A program made the translations under genes and the position numbers. From the NCBI GenBank assembly GCA_963666425.2, contig OY762825.2, positions 2,368,001 through 2,432,000 on the forward strand: a DNA stretch of 64,000 nucleotides, given 5' to 3'. Positions 51,497 to 62,720 of this stretch are shown one piece after another. The notes below the pieces were generated by a model, which made no database searches, was not told where the DNA came from, and was given only the letters and a program-made list of their open reading frames with translations. Numbering within the stretch: position 1 is the first letter of the stretch; each line of letters begins with the position of its first letter. This DNA comes from Bacillota bacterium. Lineage in GTDB: Bacteria > Bacillota > JAAYKD01.

Positions 51497-51997
51497 ATGC
51501 CTGAATACGCTTATGGTTATTGCGGCATGCCCTGTGCTTTATGTACACGTTACAGAACAGCAGGAACCAGCAAGTGTCCGGGCTGTTCTCATGATGGTTA
51601 TTATACAGAACCGTGCAGAGTTCATCATTGCTGTAAGACAAAAGCAATCACGCATTGCGGCAACTGCGCTGAATTTCCCTGCGTGCGCTTAGGCAAGATG
51701 GGAGACTTCAGCGACCTAACAACGAATCATGTCAAGGAAAGAACCTGCCAATGCGTAGCTGCTCACGGATTTGAGGCTTGGTATCGAGATTATGCGGAGC
51801 GGGCGGAGTTACTGACGCTGGCGCTGGTGCGCTACAATAATGGCCGCATGAAAAGGTTTTTATGCGAGTTATTTATTCAGCAGGAAATCTCTACGCTGCG
51901 CGAAATCATGCAGAAAGCAGAAGCACTTTCCGGCAGCCCCAAAGAGATCGGCAAGGCTTTTCAGGAGATTACGCAATCAATTATCTCCCAAAACTGA
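51497..51997 (+). CDS. DUF3795-like Cys-rich protein
   Basis: YCG..C..C, CPGC, CC...ITHCGNC.EFPC. GAGGAGG RBS. Confidence 0.75.
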   Translation: MPEYAYGYCGMPCALCTRYRTAGTSKCPGCSHDGYYTEPCRVHHCCKTKAITHCGNCAEFPCVRLGKMGDFSDLTTNHVKERTCQCVAAHGFEAWYRDYAERAELLTLALVRYNNGRMKRFLCELFIQQEISTLREIMQKAEALSGSPKEIGKAFQEITQSIISQN

Positions 51998-52320
51998 CTA
52001 CCAGCAAGCAGAGCGGCGAGCTGATCGATAATGAACAGCAGAAGCCAAAAGCGGAAAGTCAAAGATAAAGTAATCCTATGAGGGAACCCAGAATAAAGCA
52101 GAAGAACAGCCGTGGTGAACAACAGATTTCGTGTTGTCTGCCGCGGCTGTATATTTGCACATCGGAATGAAAACGAATATGCTTACCTTGAGCAGGCAAG
52201 TAAGGCTGTAGCTGTGGTGAGGGTAGTCAAAGGGTGCAAAAGTCCGCTTGACAAGTAATTTTATTACCCTTATATTTAACATAGAAAAAGGTCGGCAACG
52301 AAAGAAGTGTGAAGAGAAGC

Positions 52321-53781
52321 ATGGGGAAAATTTATGATATGATAATTATCGGCGGCGGTGTGGTAGGTAATGCCGTTGCCAGAGAATTGTCTCGTTATCA
52401 GCTCAGCATTGCGATTTTGGAGAAGCAACATGATGTCTGCTGTGAAACGAGCGCGCGCAATTCCGGTGTGCTGCATGCCGGTTTCAATAATCGAACCGGC
52501 TCGCTTATGGCAAAACTCTGTGTCGAAGGTAATTTGGGTTTTGACCAACTGGCTGCCGAATTGGATGTGCCATTTAAGCGAACCGGTAAGCTGGTCGTTG
52601 GTTTTGATGACAGCGACCGCGAGCAGCTGGAAAAACTGAAGGCACAGGGAGAGGCGAACGGTGTCCCTGGCTTGTCGATCATCGAACGAACTCAAATCAA
52701 ACAGCTGGCACCCTATGTGGAAGGCAATTTTGCCATGTTTTCCGCTATGACCGGCGTCTTGGACCCGTTTCAGCTGACCATTGGTTTAGCGGAAAATGCA
52801 CATCATAACGGTGTGGAGTACTTCTTTGCTCAAGAGGTGACCGCCATCGACTGTCAAGATGGCATTTATACGCTGCGGACCAAGACAGAGATCTTTCAAA
52901 GCCGCTGGGTCATTAACGCGGCAGGTCTGCAGGCCGATCAGATCGCCACACTCCTGGGAGTAAATGACTACCAAATCTACCCTTGTCGGGGTGAATATTT
53001 TATTTTGGATCAGCAACTGAATTCTTATTTACCTTTACCGGTTTATCCGGTCCCAAATATTAAAACCGGTGGTCTCGGCATTCATCTGACTCCTTCCATC
53101 GACGGTAATATTTTCATCGGACCGAGTGCCGATTATATCGATCAGCGGGATGATTACGCTGCTACTCAAGCCGTGATGGATATGCTGATCGAAGACGGCA
53201 GTCGGATTTTTCCTTATCTCAAGCGGGAGAATTTTATTCGCAATTTCAGCGGCATTCGCCCCAAATTGGTCAGCAAAACCGAAGGTGGCTTTCTTGATTT
53301 TGTCATTGAACGGCGCCGGGAAGCATCGCATGCCATCCAACTGATCGGTATCGAATCACCCGGATTAACCGCCTCCACCCCCATCGCCCGGCAAGTGGTC
53401 CGTTTGATCGAGGAGGTGGAGAAATTGCAGCAGAAGGCAGATTTTGACCCAATCCGCAAGCGTCCGATCTGCTTCCGTGAACGAAGCCATGCGGAACAAG
53501 CAGAATTGGTGGCGGAGAATCCTGATTATGGTGAGATTATCTGTCGCTGCGAAACAATTACCAAAGCCGAAGTGCTGGCTGCGATTCATAATCCTCTGGC
53601 TGTCGCTACGATAGCAGGCATTAAATACCGCTGTCGCGCCATGATGGGGCGCTGCCAGGGCGGCTATTGTCAAACACGGATTGCCGAGCTGTTGATGCAA
53701 GAAAATCAACTGAAACCGGAAGAAGTTCTTCTGCATCGGGACGGCTCTTATTTATTCACAGGAAGAGTGAGATCATGCTGA
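52321..53781 (+). CDS. FAD oxidoreductase (GlpA/LhgO-like) with a BFD-like 2Fe-2S domain
   Basis: IIGGGVVG, TSARNSGVLHAG, ICRCE and MGRCQGGYC. Promoter TTGACA-17-TATATT at 52248-52276. Confidence 0.85.
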   Translation: MGKIYDMIIIGGGVVGNAVARELSRYQLSIAILEKQHDVCCETSARNSGVLHAGFNNRTGSLMAKLCVEGNLGFDQLAAELDVPFKRTGKLVVGFDDSDREQLEKLKAQGEANGVPGLSIIERTQIKQLAPYVEGNFAMFSAMTGVLDPFQLTIGLAENAHHNGVEYFFAQEVTAIDCQDGIYTLRTKTEIFQSRWVINAAGLQADQIATLLGVNDYQIYPCRGEYFILDQQLNSYLPLPVYPVPNIKTGGLGIHLTPSIDGNIFIGPSADYIDQRDDYAATQAVMDMLIEDGSRIFPYLKRENFIRNFSGIRPKLVSKTEGGFLDFVIERRREASHAIQLIGIESPGLTASTPIARQVVRLIEEVEKLQQKADFDPIRKRPICFRERSHAEQAELVAENPDYGEIICRCETITKAEVLAAIHNPLAVATIAGIKYRCRAMMGRCQGGYCQTRIAELLMQENQLKPEEVLLHRDGSYLFTGRVRSC

Positions 53782-55016
53782 ACGTCATCAAAAAGCAGGT
53801 GGTGATCATTGGCGGAGGTCCCGCCGGTTTAGCAGCAGCGGTGGAACTGAAGAAAAACGGAATCAGCGACCTCATCGTGTTGGAGCGGGAAAAGCAACCC
53901 GGCGGTATTCTGCGTCAATGCATCCACGATGGGTTTGGTCTGACCAGATTTCAGGAAACCATCTCGGGGCCAGAGTATGCCCAGCGTTTTCTTGAAGAGG
54001 CCAAGGCGCTTGAAATTGAGATTGTAACAGATACAACGGTGATTGATCTGACAGCCGAGAGACTAGTCACAGCAACATCCAAAAGAGGAGTCGTCTGTTA
54101 TCAGGCAGAAGCCATCGTCCTCGCCATGGGCTGTCGGGAGCGTACCCGCGGCGCGCTGGCCATTCCCGGTTCGCGTCCCGCCGGTGTCTTCACCGCCGGC
54201 GTGGTGCAGGCTTATCTGAATCTGAAAAACCTGATGGTGGGTAAGGAAGTCGTGATCCTGGGTTCCGGTGATATCGGCATGATTATGGCACGTCGGCTGA
54301 GTTTGGAAGGCGCCAAAGTCAAAGCGGTCTTTGAAATATTACCGTATGCCAGCGGCTTACCGCGCAATATAGAACAATGCCTGAATGATTATGATATTCC
54401 GCTCTATCTGAACCATACCATCACCGAAATTCATGGTAAAGCGCGCCTCACTGGGGTGACGGTCAGTCAAGTAGACGAAAACAGACAACCCATCAAAGGC
54501 AGCGAAGCATTCTATGCCTGCGATACTTTGATTCTTTCCGTCGGTTTGATTCCGGAAAACGAGCTTGCCAAAAAAGCCGGTGTGGAGCTCGATCCCCGCA
54601 GTAAAGGCGCTGTCGTGGACGAAAATTACCAAACCAGTGTACCCGGTGTTTTTGCAGCTGGGAATGTGCTGCATGTGCATGATTTGGTCGATTTTGTTTC
54701 CCTGGAGGCGGAAAATCTGGCGCATGGTGTGCAGCGCTATCTGCAAAGCAGTCTTACCTTCTCTGCCATTGCCGTAACGACAGAGGGAATCAGCCACACA
54801 ATTCCGCAGAGGATCAGCGGCGAACGGGACATTAAGCTGTTTTTCCGGGTGCAGCAACCACGGCAGAACTGTGTGGTAGAAATTCAGCAGGACGGGAATA
54901 CGATTGCCTTGAGAAAATTCCGCAAGCTACTGCCGGCGGTGATGGAACAAATCAATTTACCGGCAGCCAGGCTGCAAAGTAAAAATCCAATCAAGGTGGT
55001 GGTGAAAGATGCGTAA
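53775..55016 (+). CDS. NAD(P)/FAD-dependent oxidoreductase
   Basis: IGGGPAGLAAA, QCIHDGFG, GSGDIG and GNVLHVHD. Confidence 0.85.
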   Translation: MLNVIKKQVVIIGGGPAGLAAAVELKKNGISDLIVLEREKQPGGILRQCIHDGFGLTRFQETISGPEYAQRFLEEAKALEIEIVTDTTVIDLTAERLVTATSKRGVVCYQAEAIVLAMGCRERTRGALAIPGSRPAGVFTAGVVQAYLNLKNLMVGKEVVILGSGDIGMIMARRLSLEGAKVKAVFEILPYASGLPRNIEQCLNDYDIPLYLNHTITEIHGKARLTGVTVSQVDENRQPIKGSEAFYACDTLILSVGLIPENELAKKAGVELDPRSKGAVVDENYQTSVPGVFAAGNVLHVHDLVDFVSLEAENLAHGVQRYLQSSLTFSAIAVTTEGISHTIPQRISGERDIKLFFRVQQPRQNCVVEIQQDGNTIALRKFRKLLPAVMEQINLPAARLQSKNPIKVVVKDA

Positions 55017-55386
55017 ATTTCTAACCTGTATTCTTTGTCCCAATGGCTGCGCTCTTGAGACAGAGCAGGAAGGCAAGCTTTTGGTTTCTCTCAGCGGCAA
55101 TCTCTGTCCGAAAGGCAGAGAATACGCGCAACAGGAATTGACAGCACCGCTGCGCAGCATCGCATCATCGGTGAAGCTGCAGGGCGGTGAATTGCCCCTC
55201 TGCAGTGTTCGCCTGACCAAACCGGTTCCGAAAGACAGATTGATGGATGTGATGGCTGAAATCAAAAAACAAACGCTGACAGCGCCAACCCGCATCGGTC
55301 AAGTGGTGATCGCTAACGTCCTGGGTTTCAACAGCGATGTGATTGTAACTAAAGAGATCAAGGCGGAGCAAAACCACGGCGAATAG
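55009..55386 (+). CDS. DUF1667-family Fe-S protein
   Basis: TCILCPNGC...GNLCPKG..YA..E...P.R. Confidence 0.85.
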   Translation: MRKFLTCILCPNGCALETEQEGKLLVSLSGNLCPKGREYAQQELTAPLRSIASSVKLQGGELPLCSVRLTKPVPKDRLMDVMAEIKKQTLTAPTRIGQVVIANVLGFNSDVIVTKEIKAEQNHGE

Positions 55387-55504
55387 GGAAGAACAAGCCA
55401 AAGACAGGAGGGCTGGCAGGCAGGAATTTCCTGCTTTCTTCACGAAATGCAGGAGCATCAATCCACTTTTCTTTACAGGAACCAAACAATAGGAGGCGAT
55501 TCGG

Positions 55505-56137
55505 ATGGGCAAATCTGCTGTGATTACTTGGTTGGGTCATTCCTGCTTTCGCATCAATTTTAATGGGTATCAAGTTATCATCGATCCATATAAAGCAAAA
55601 TCTGTTCCCGGTTTGCAGCTTGCACAGCAAAATGCCAATGCTGTTTACTGTAGTCACGAGCACAGTGATCATGCTGCACGGGAGACTGTGCTGCTGATTT
55701 CCGAGAAACATCCAATTCCTTACCAACTCAGCACCGTCGAGACTGCACATGATGCGGCAGGAGGTACCGAACGCGGCATGAATCTGATTCACTTATTCGA
55801 CTATGATGGTTTACGCATCGCACATTTTGGTGATCTTGGCAGTCCGCTGACCGCAGATCAGCTCAAGAAGCTGGGCAGAGTTGATGTTGCGCTGGTCCCG
55901 GTTGGCGGTCATTTCACGATTGACGCAAAACAAGCCTGCGAATTGGCCGATCTACTCAAGCCGATTGTTTTCATCCCCATGCATTACCGCACTGAAAACT
56001 TCGGTTATGCAGCCATTGGAACCCTGGATGAATTCCTGGTGCTTTGCTCCAATACGCTGCAGTACAACAGTAATACGCTGACGGTGAACAAAGAAGTACC
56101 GAAACAAACAGCCATACTGCAATACCAACAGCCATAA
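55505..56137 (+). CDS. MBL-fold metallo-hydrolase
   Basis: WLGHSCF, IDPY, SHEHSDH, HFGD and IPMHY. Confidence 0.88.
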   Translation: MGKSAVITWLGHSCFRINFNGYQVIIDPYKAKSVPGLQLAQQNANAVYCSHEHSDHAARETVLLISEKHPIPYQLSTVETAHDAAGGTERGMNLIHLFDYDGLRIAHFGDLGSPLTADQLKKLGRVDVALVPVGGHFTIDAKQACELADLLKPIVFIPMHYRTENFGYAAIGTLDEFLVLCSNTLQYNSNTLTVNKEVPKQTAILQYQQP

Positions 56138-56309
56138 AATGATGTGAAAAACCCTTTTCTGCTCTGGTTGCTGACAAGCGCCGCTGCAGAAAGGGTTTTC
56201 TTTTTTCAGGATAGATGTGTGATGACTGCCGTAAAAAACAGGAATCGGAGCTTCCCGGAGAGAATCAAGAAAGATAAGTCCGGAGGATAGAAAATGAGGA
56301 GTGAAACAT

Positions 56310-57821
56310 ATGCTGGCTGACGGAAAATTGTTTGTGGCCAAGAATGAAAATCGGATTTATCTTTTGCCGCAGATGGCAAATCGGCACGGTTTGGTCAGTG
56401 GGGCCACTGGTACAGGAAAAACCATCACTTTAAAAGTTTTGGCAGAGAGTTTCAGTGATTTGGGTGTACCTGTTTTTCTTGCCGATATCAAAGGTGATCT
56501 GGCGGGTATGTGCCGTGCCGGCGTTGACAGCGAAGGGATGCAAAAACGCATCGCGCGGTTTGGCTTGGAGGGGTTTCGCTATCAAGCGTATCCCACCCGC
56601 TTTTGGGATATCTTCGGCGAATACGGGCATCCCGTCCGCACCACTGTTTCTGAAATGGGACCGCTGCTCTTAGCACGGTTATTAGAGTTAAATGAAACAC
56701 AAAGCGGGGTTTTGAATATTGTCTTTCGGATTGCCGATGAGAAGAAAATGCTGTTACTGGATATCAAAGATCTCCGATCGGTACTGCAGTATGTGGCTGA
56801 AAATGCCAAAGAGTTCAGAATTCAGTATGGCAATATTTCTGCAGCTAGCGTAGGGGCGATTTTACGCTCCCTTTTAGCAATTGAAGACCAAGGCGGGCAT
56901 CTTTTCTTCGGCGAGCCGGCTTTGGACGTCATGGATTGGATGAAAACGGATACGGACGGCAGGGGCTTTATCAATATTCTGCATTGTGTAAAATTGTTTC
57001 AAAGCCCTGCACTTTATTCTACTTTTCTGCTTTGGATGCTATCCGAATTGTTTGAAGTGCTGCCGGAAGCCGGCGATCTCAAACGTCCCCGCATGGTCTT
57101 TTTCTTTGACGAGGCTCATTTATTATTTGAGGAAGCTCCCAAAGCTTTGCTACAGAAAATCGAACAGGTTGCCCGCTTGATTCGTTCCAAAGGAGTCGGT
57201 GTTTATTTCGTCACGCAAAACCCTATGGATGTACCGGATCCTGTCTTGGCGCAGTTAGGCAATCGGATTCAGCACGCGCTGCGGGCTTATACGCCGGCAG
57301 AACAGAAGGTTGTTAAGGCTGCCGCCGATACCTTCCGCCCCAACCCTGCCTTCGAAACCTCAGAAGTGATTACTCAATTGGGAACCGGAGAAGCGCTTGT
57401 CTCTTTGCTGGATGAAGACGGCCGGCCGGGAATCGTGCAGCAGGCTTTCATTCTGCCGCCGCAGAGCTTGATGGGTACGATCGGCGATGACGTACGGGCA
57501 CAGGTGATTGCGCAAAGTGAATTCTATCTGAAATATGGTAAAACCATTGACCGCGATTCTGCTCATGAAATGCTGCAGCGGCTGCGTCAGGACAATGAGA
57601 TCGAACAGCAGAGAATGGAACGTGAAAAGCTATATGAAGTAGAACGGCAGCAAATCGAAAAAGAGAGAGCGCAATTGGCCAAAGAAAAAGAAAAAATCAA
57701 TGCTAAGAAAGCAAACAAGCGCACCGCTTTTGATAAGGTTACGGATTCCGCTTTGAGTACGGTGGGACGCGAAGCGACTCGTGCCTTGATCCGCGGTTTA
57801 TTTGGCAGCTTAAAGCGATAA
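56310..57821 (+). CDS. HerA-like DUF853 (YjgR-type) P-loop ATPase
   Basis: [31 protein letters not shown] and [12 protein letters not shown]. Confidence 0.9.
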   Translation: MLADGKLFVAKNENRIYLLPQMANRHGLVSGATGTGKTITLKVLAESFSDLGVPVFLADIKGDLAGMCRAGVDSEGMQKRIARFGLEGFRYQAYPTRFWDIFGEYGHPVRTTVSEMGPLLLARLLELNETQSGVLNIVFRIADEKKMLLLDIKDLRSVLQYVAENAKEFRIQYGNISAASVGAILRSLLAIEDQGGHLFFGEPALDVMDWMKTDTDGRGFINILHCVKLFQSPALYSTFLLWMLSELFEVLPEAGDLKRPRMVFFFDEAHLLFEEAPKALLQKIEQVARLIRSKGVGVYFVTQNPMDVPDPVLAQLGNRIQHALRAYTPAEQKVVKAAADTFRPNPAFETSEVITQLGTGEALVSLLDEDGRPGIVQQAFILPPQSLMGTIGDDVRAQVIAQSEFYLKYGKTIDRDSAHEMLQRLRQDNEIEQQRMEREKLYEVERQQIEKERAQLAKEKEKINAKKANKRTAFDKVTDSALSTVGREATRALIRGLFGSLKR

Positions 57822-58000
57822 GAAACAAGCGAAGCGTGGAGGACGGTCATCGTTTCGCCCGGATCAGGATCAGCAAATGAAAAGAGCCCGAATGCTTCTG
57901 CGACCGACGCGTCACCGATCAAAGTGACGTACTGGCGGAGTAAGGTTCGGGCTTTTTCTCATTCTGTGCTGAACTGGTAAACAGTCAGCAGTTAGACATG

Positions 58001-59653
58001 TTAATCTGTCAGCAGTTTATTATAGTTGATCGTAATCAGTAGAGGATATCCTTGATTGCGATACTCGGTATCGACTTTGAAATTTTCTCCCAAAGCAGTG
58101 GCAAAATTAGGAGAAGACAGGCCAGTTTCAGTCATACTCGCAGTGACGGAGCTTATCCAGTTGTTCTCGGCAGCGAGCGTACCGCAAGCTAAAACGCTGC
58201 TGTCAGCCCGATAATACAGATTAGTCAACGTGGCAGAGAGTTGAACAGCTTCTCCCAGAATAGCACCGGTTACCTGGGCCAAACTGTAATAATCAAAGCT
58301 GCCATAAATGGGGTCATAAATATCGATGCTGCCGGCAGCGTTGCCGTTGGTCAGTTGTCCGGCATGATAGCAGTTTTCCAGGCGGTTATATTGCAGCAGA
58401 TACCCGGCAATACCGCCCACGCCGTGCGCATTTTGCGCCGATATTTTGCCCAGGTTGTAACAATCGGTGATTGAGTTTTCTACTTCGTCAGAGATACCGC
58501 GGGTGGAAGCCCGACCGGAGCCGACGATTCCGCCTACAAATGCTTCACAGCTGCTGCTGATACTGCCAATGTTGAAACAGCGCTCAATGCTGACCCGCGA
58601 GGAAATATCACCGGCGATTCCAGCCATGGCAATCGCGAAACCTTCAACGGTTCCGGTATTAAAGCAGTCAGAGATATTAGAGTTTGTAGCGCTGCCGGTG
58701 ATCCCGCCGATCCAAGCACCGAGTGTACGGCCAATAGAGTAGAGTTCCACTGCTGCACTGCAGCGAATGTTGGCCAGGTTGCCACAGCTGTTGATTTGAG
58801 TTGCAGTGATGCTGCCGGCAATGCCACCGCCAAGTTGGCTGGCGCAAGTCAATTTTCCGTGATAATAACAGGAGGTAATCACTTCGGAAACGGCTTTTCC
58901 CACAATTCCGCCGACATTTTTCGTGCCTTGAACATCAGATTGGTAAACACTGATATTAACCAGGCTGCCATTGGCAACACTACCGAATAAGCCGGTTTCG
59001 TTTCGATCCGTGGCTGTATTTAAATGGCAGAGAAAAAAACCGTTACCATTATAATGGCCTTTAAAAACGGTAACCGTCGTTTTGAGGCTGGATTCGCCCG
59101 ATAGTACGACGCTGTGCCTACCGCCAATGGGCAGCCAATCGATGCTGTTTAAATCAAAATTGGCAGTCTGTATAAAATAAGTATTGGCATATTCATTCTT
59201 GCGTGCCACTTGTTCAGACAGATAAGCCAATTCAGCAGGGGAGTTGATCTGGTAAGGGTCATCTGCTACGCCACGGCCGGCGCTGAATCCTCTGGCGATG
59301 CTGCCATCCCAAATAGTAAGATAAGCAGCCTCAATGATTTCTCCAACGGAGTGAATGACCGGCTCAGATGGTAGATTGGCAGCTGTTTCGGAGGAGATTG
59401 TCTGCACAAGCTTCCCACTTGCCGGTTCAACCGGACCGCCGGCTTGGATGTTTTTATGTAGCTCTGTTAGCTGAAAGCCAATGCTTGGAGTAGATTTTTG
59501 CTGTTCTTGTGCTCCTGCTGGGGTATTTACTTCACTTGATTCACCATCCAACGATTGATTGAGAAGATCAGTCACTTTTGTACAGGCAGCGCAAGCAAAG
59601 AAACCAGCGAGGATAAGAATGAAAGCCAGGAGTTTGGCAGTTCGCTTCATCAT
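58001..59653 (-). CDS. putative lipoprotein with GLUG-type beta-helical repeats
   Basis: Lipobox-like signal, DDPYQI, W.PIG, GLFG, and repeated VGGI.G / C.N.G. Confidence 0.75.
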   Translation of the reverse strand: MMKRTAKLLAFILILAGFFACAACTKVTDLLNQSLDGESSEVNTPAGAQEQQKSTPSIGFQLTELHKNIQAGGPVEPASGKLVQTISSETAANLPSEPVIHSVGEIIEAAYLTIWDGSIARGFSAGRGVADDPYQINSPAELAYLSEQVARKNEYANTYFIQTANFDLNSIDWLPIGGRHSVVLSGESSLKTTVTVFKGHYNGNGFFLCHLNTATDRNETGLFGSVANGSLVNISVYQSDVQGTKNVGGIVGKAVSEVITSCYYHGKLTCASQLGGGIAGSITATQINSCGNLANIRCSAAVELYSIGRTLGAWIGGITGSATNSNISDCFNTGTVEGFAIAMAGIAGDISSRVSIERCFNIGSISSSCEAFVGGIVGSGRASTRGISDEVENSITDCYNLGKISAQNAHGVGGIAGYLLQYNRLENCYHAGQLTNGNAAGSIDIYDPIYGSFDYYSLAQVTGAILGEAVQLSATLTNLYYRADSSVLACGTLAAENNWISSVTASMTETGLSSPNFATALGENFKVDTEYRNQGYPLLITINYNKLLTD

Positions 59654-59772
59654 TGTGATCTTCCTTTCTCTATTTAGCAGAGATTAAGATCAATATAGCA
59701 TAAAATGAGATTGGAAACAATCGGGAATGCGAATTTCGTGATTGAAAGACTGAAGCGGAACTCGTGGTATGA

Positions 59773-59815
59773 AAAATCCCGGAATTGCAGTTTATGAACT
59801 GCAATTCCGGGATTT
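59773..59815. terminator. perfect hairpin terminator
   Basis: AAATCCCGGAATTGCAGTT-TATG-AACTGCAATTCCGGGATTT. Confidence 0.75.
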
Positions 59816-59845
59816 CATAAAATTATCTGAGAAGTGATGCTTTGA

Positions 59846-60079
59846 TCAACTGGATTTCGATTTGCTTTCAAAAGGTGATGTCTGTTCCTGCTGAATTTCC
59901 GCAGCAGAATCTCTGAAATTCTTGTTGCGCTGTCGTACGCTTTCGGTAAGAAGATATTCAATCTGGCCATTGATGGACCGAAAATCATCTTCTGCCCAAG
60001 CGGCTAACGCCTTCCAGAGCGTGGGAGATAAGCGCAGCAAGAGTTGTTTTTTATCTCTCTCGTTCTTTTGTTCTGCCAT
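59846..60079 (-). CDS. Arc-like ribbon-helix-helix protein
   Basis: KQLLLRL...[20 protein letters not shown]. Confidence 0.8.
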   Translation of the reverse strand: MAEQKNERDKKQLLLRLSPTLWKALAAWAEDDFRSINGQIEYLLTESVRQRNKNFRDSAAEIQQEQTSPFESKSKSS

Positions 60080-60081
60080 CA

Positions 60082-61092
60082 CTAGTAAATAGAACCGCTG
60101 TTGACGATCGGCTGCGCATCTTTGCCGCTGCAAAGTACAACAAGCAAATTGCTGACCATAGCAGCCTTTCTTTCTTCATCCAATTGAACAATGCCATTCT
60201 CATTCAATTTAATCAGTGCCATTTCTACCATACCCACAGCACCATCGACGATCATCTTTCTTGCGTCGATGATAGCGGAGGCTTGCTGGCGCTGCAGCAT
60301 GGCAGCGGCAATTTCCGGTGCATAAGCAAGATGAGTAATCCGTGCTTCCATGATCTCCAGACCGGCAATATTAACCCGCTCCTGGATTTCAGTCTTCAGA
60401 CGTTCCGCTACATCCTGGCTGCTGCCGCGCAAGGTCATTTCCTCTCCCTCAGCAGCAATATCATAAGGATAGAGCCTGGCGATATTGCGCAGAGAAGAAT
60501 CGCATTGAATGGAAAGATAAGCTTTATAATTTTCCACATTGAAAACAGCCATAGCGGTATTGACGACGCGCCAAATCACAACAATGCCGATCTCGACCGG
60601 ATTGCCCAGCAAGTCATTCACTTTTTGTTTGTTGTTATTGAGCGTCATTGTTTTTAAAGAAATCGTTTTCTTTGGCAGAACGGTATGTGAACTGTTCTGC
60701 GGTGTATTCAATTGAGCAATGGGATTTTGATCCTCCGTCGCGGTTGCCATGCCGGCTCCGGAAGTGGGATTGACGGCGGAAACAAACGGATTGACATAGA
60801 AAAAACCTTCGCCTTTCAGTGTGCCGATGTATTTGCCGAACAGAGTTAGAACCAAGGCTTCCTGAGGTTTGAGGATTTTTAAGCCCATAAAAGGAATCCA
60901 AAATAGACAGCTATACAAACAACCAATGATCAGCAAAAGGGTACCCAGTGCTGTGCGATGACCGTTTTCTAAAACAATAGCACCCACAATAATGGCCGCG
61001 ATTCCAGCCAGTGTTAACAAGATACTGAAAATCAACATGAACATGCCGTTTTGGGCTTTGAGTTCGATTTCCTTAGAATAAGGTTCATTCAT
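60082..61092 (-). CDS. SPFH/band 7 membrane protein
   Basis: Two N-terminal TM segments, FGKYIGT, KVND..GNP and [17 protein letters not shown]. Confidence 0.9.
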   Translation of the reverse strand: MNEPYSKEIELKAQNGMFMLIFSILLTLAGIAAIIVGAIVLENGHRTALGTLLLIIGCLYSCLFWIPFMGLKILKPQEALVLTLFGKYIGTLKGEGFFYVNPFVSAVNPTSGAGMATATEDQNPIAQLNTPQNSSHTVLPKKTISLKTMTLNNNKQKVNDLLGNPVEIGIVVIWRVVNTAMAVFNVENYKAYLSIQCDSSLRNIARLYPYDIAAEGEEMTLRGSSQDVAERLKTEIQERVNIAGLEIMEARITHLAYAPEIAAAMLQRQQASAIIDARKMIVDGAVGMVEMALIKLNENGIVQLDEERKAAMVSNLLVVLCSGKDAQPIVNSGSIY

Positions 61093-61226
61093 GATAAAAG
61101 CCTCCTCTTGATATTTTAGTGATATCGATATAATATCACTATTAAGAAGGCTGTCAAGCAGTCAGCAAATATTTATTTGTTGCCTTGACCATTCAGCCAA
61201 ATTATGTTATATTATAGTGTAAACAT

Positions 61227-61578
61227 GGGGGCGTAATGGTTTCGACGGGGATAGGATTGATCTGGTAAGCGAGCCGTGGACCAGGGCCACGTTAAAACTT
61301 GGACGACAGATAACTGTCAACAACAATCAATTAATCGCTGCTTAGTAAATAAGTAGCCGTTCGACCAGCCTACCGCCGACGGGGCTGGGCGAGCGTCATT
61401 AAGTCGGCTACCCGGTAGGAGACGACCGTATCCTATTTGGGGAAACACACGGAATAGTGTAGGGCAGATTTGGCGATAGGAAGCTGCCTGAGGCGATAAC
61501 TCAAATCGATCGCTGCGCTCGGAGAAAGCCTTATTGGTTCATTTTCGGACATGGGTTCGATTCCCATCGCCTCCACCA
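61227..61578 (+). ncRNA. ssrA: tmRNA, tag (A)VNNNQLIAA
   Basis: GGGGGCG..GGTTTCGAC 5' end, G3-U acceptor pair, T-arm and TCCACCA 3' end. Tag ORF 61316-61345. Promoter TTGACC-17-TATATT. Confidence 0.96.
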
Positions 61579-61581
61579 TTG

Positions 61582-61643
61582 TGTGCCAAGGGGACGGGGG
61601 TGTTGGCACAGCTTTGTGCCAACACCCCCGTCCCCTTGGCACA
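61582..61643. repeat. perfect palindrome, REPIN-like copy 1
   Basis: 29-bp arms with a 4-nt loop. Confidence 0.9.
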
Positions 61644-61669
61644 TAAAAAACCACTTCTCGAGGGATGCT

Positions 61670-61963
61670 ATGAAAATATATAAGAATCCCAATTGCAAAA
61701 AGGTCAGGGGCAGCCAGCTTTTAGAAGTCAGCTGCGCTTATTGCAAAAGTTTTATTGCACTCTATCAAAAAGCAGGCGAAAGTAATTTTGTAAAAATGTA
61801 TAACGATAGAATCATAGAAGGCTCCATTGACTTCTCACAGTATCACGGCGCTCTTTTTTGCGCCAACTGCGGAAAGCAAAATGCTACACGCTACATCACC
61901 AAGATGGATAAAAAAGAAGCGTATCGTTTCATACCATCTGCATTTAACAAGAAAAAAATCTAA
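61670..61963 (+). CDS. small Zn-ribbon hypothetical protein
   Basis: CAYC...YQK.G....K.Y.DRI...CANCG. Confidence 0.7.
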   Translation: MKIYKNPNCKKVRGSQLLEVSCAYCKSFIALYQKAGESNFVKMYNDRIIEGSIDFSQYHGALFCANCGKQNATRYITKMDKKEAYRFIPSAFNKKKI

Positions 61964-62252
61964 TCTATAAAACCGGAAAATTATCGTAATCGTCTAATTC
62001 CTGGAAAATAAACATATTCTTCAAGCTCTAACGTGGATTTGTTTACGAACCCGAATTTCACAGCGGTGAGGGTCGCTGCTTAAAAATCAATTAAGATCAT
62101 GTGATCAGTCACTAAAGCTGCAAGTTATATAACACGATTCAAAACCCAGTCGGATTTTTATCTGATTGGGCATTTTATTAAAACTTGTAAATTGACTTTT
62201 TCTACACTATAATAAATTGTATGAAGATTATTTATGTTGCAGGAGGGTTAGG

Positions 62253-62720
62253 ATGAGCGGAATTAAGCACGAAAGCATGAATCACATTCCACGAAAACAC
62301 AAATGTGAACACAAGGACTATGAATATTATAAGCGAGTGTTCCTTTCAAGAGAGGACGCAAGTCAATGCACTGTGTCAGTCTATGAAATACCACCACATA
62401 AATCTGCCTATCCATACCATTCTCATTCTAATAATGAAGAAGTTTTCTATATCATTAGCGGAACTGGTTTGCTCAAAGCACCGGAAGGTGAGAGAAATGT
62501 TTCTGCCGGAGACTTACTGTTCTTTCCCGCCAATCAAACAGGTGCGCACAAGTTAACAAATACTTCCGAAACAGACACTCTCGTATATATAGATTTTGAT
62601 ACCACAAATGATATTGATGTGGCATTTTATCCTGACTCTCAGAAAATCGGAGTATGGGGTAAGGGTATTAATAAAGTGTATAAAATAGATGAAAATGTGG
62701 ATTATTACAAAGGCGAGTAG
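62253..62720 (+). CDS. cupin domain protein
   Basis: PYHSH..NEE.FYIISG and GD..FFPA...GAH. AGGAGG RBS. Confidence 0.88.
   Translation: MSGIKHESMNHIPRKHKCEHKDYEYYKRVFLSREDASQCTVSVYEIPPHKSAYPYHSHSNNEEVFYIISGTGLLKAPEGERNVSAGDLLFFPANQTGAHKLTNTSETDTLVYIDFDTTNDIDVAFYPDSQKIGVWGKGINKVYKIDENVDYYKGE

Noticed and set aside
61433-61654. ORFs sharing the peptide PRGRGCWH..VPTPPSPWH on both strands
   Set aside because: An artefact of translating the palindrome; one ORF is antisense to the tmRNA.
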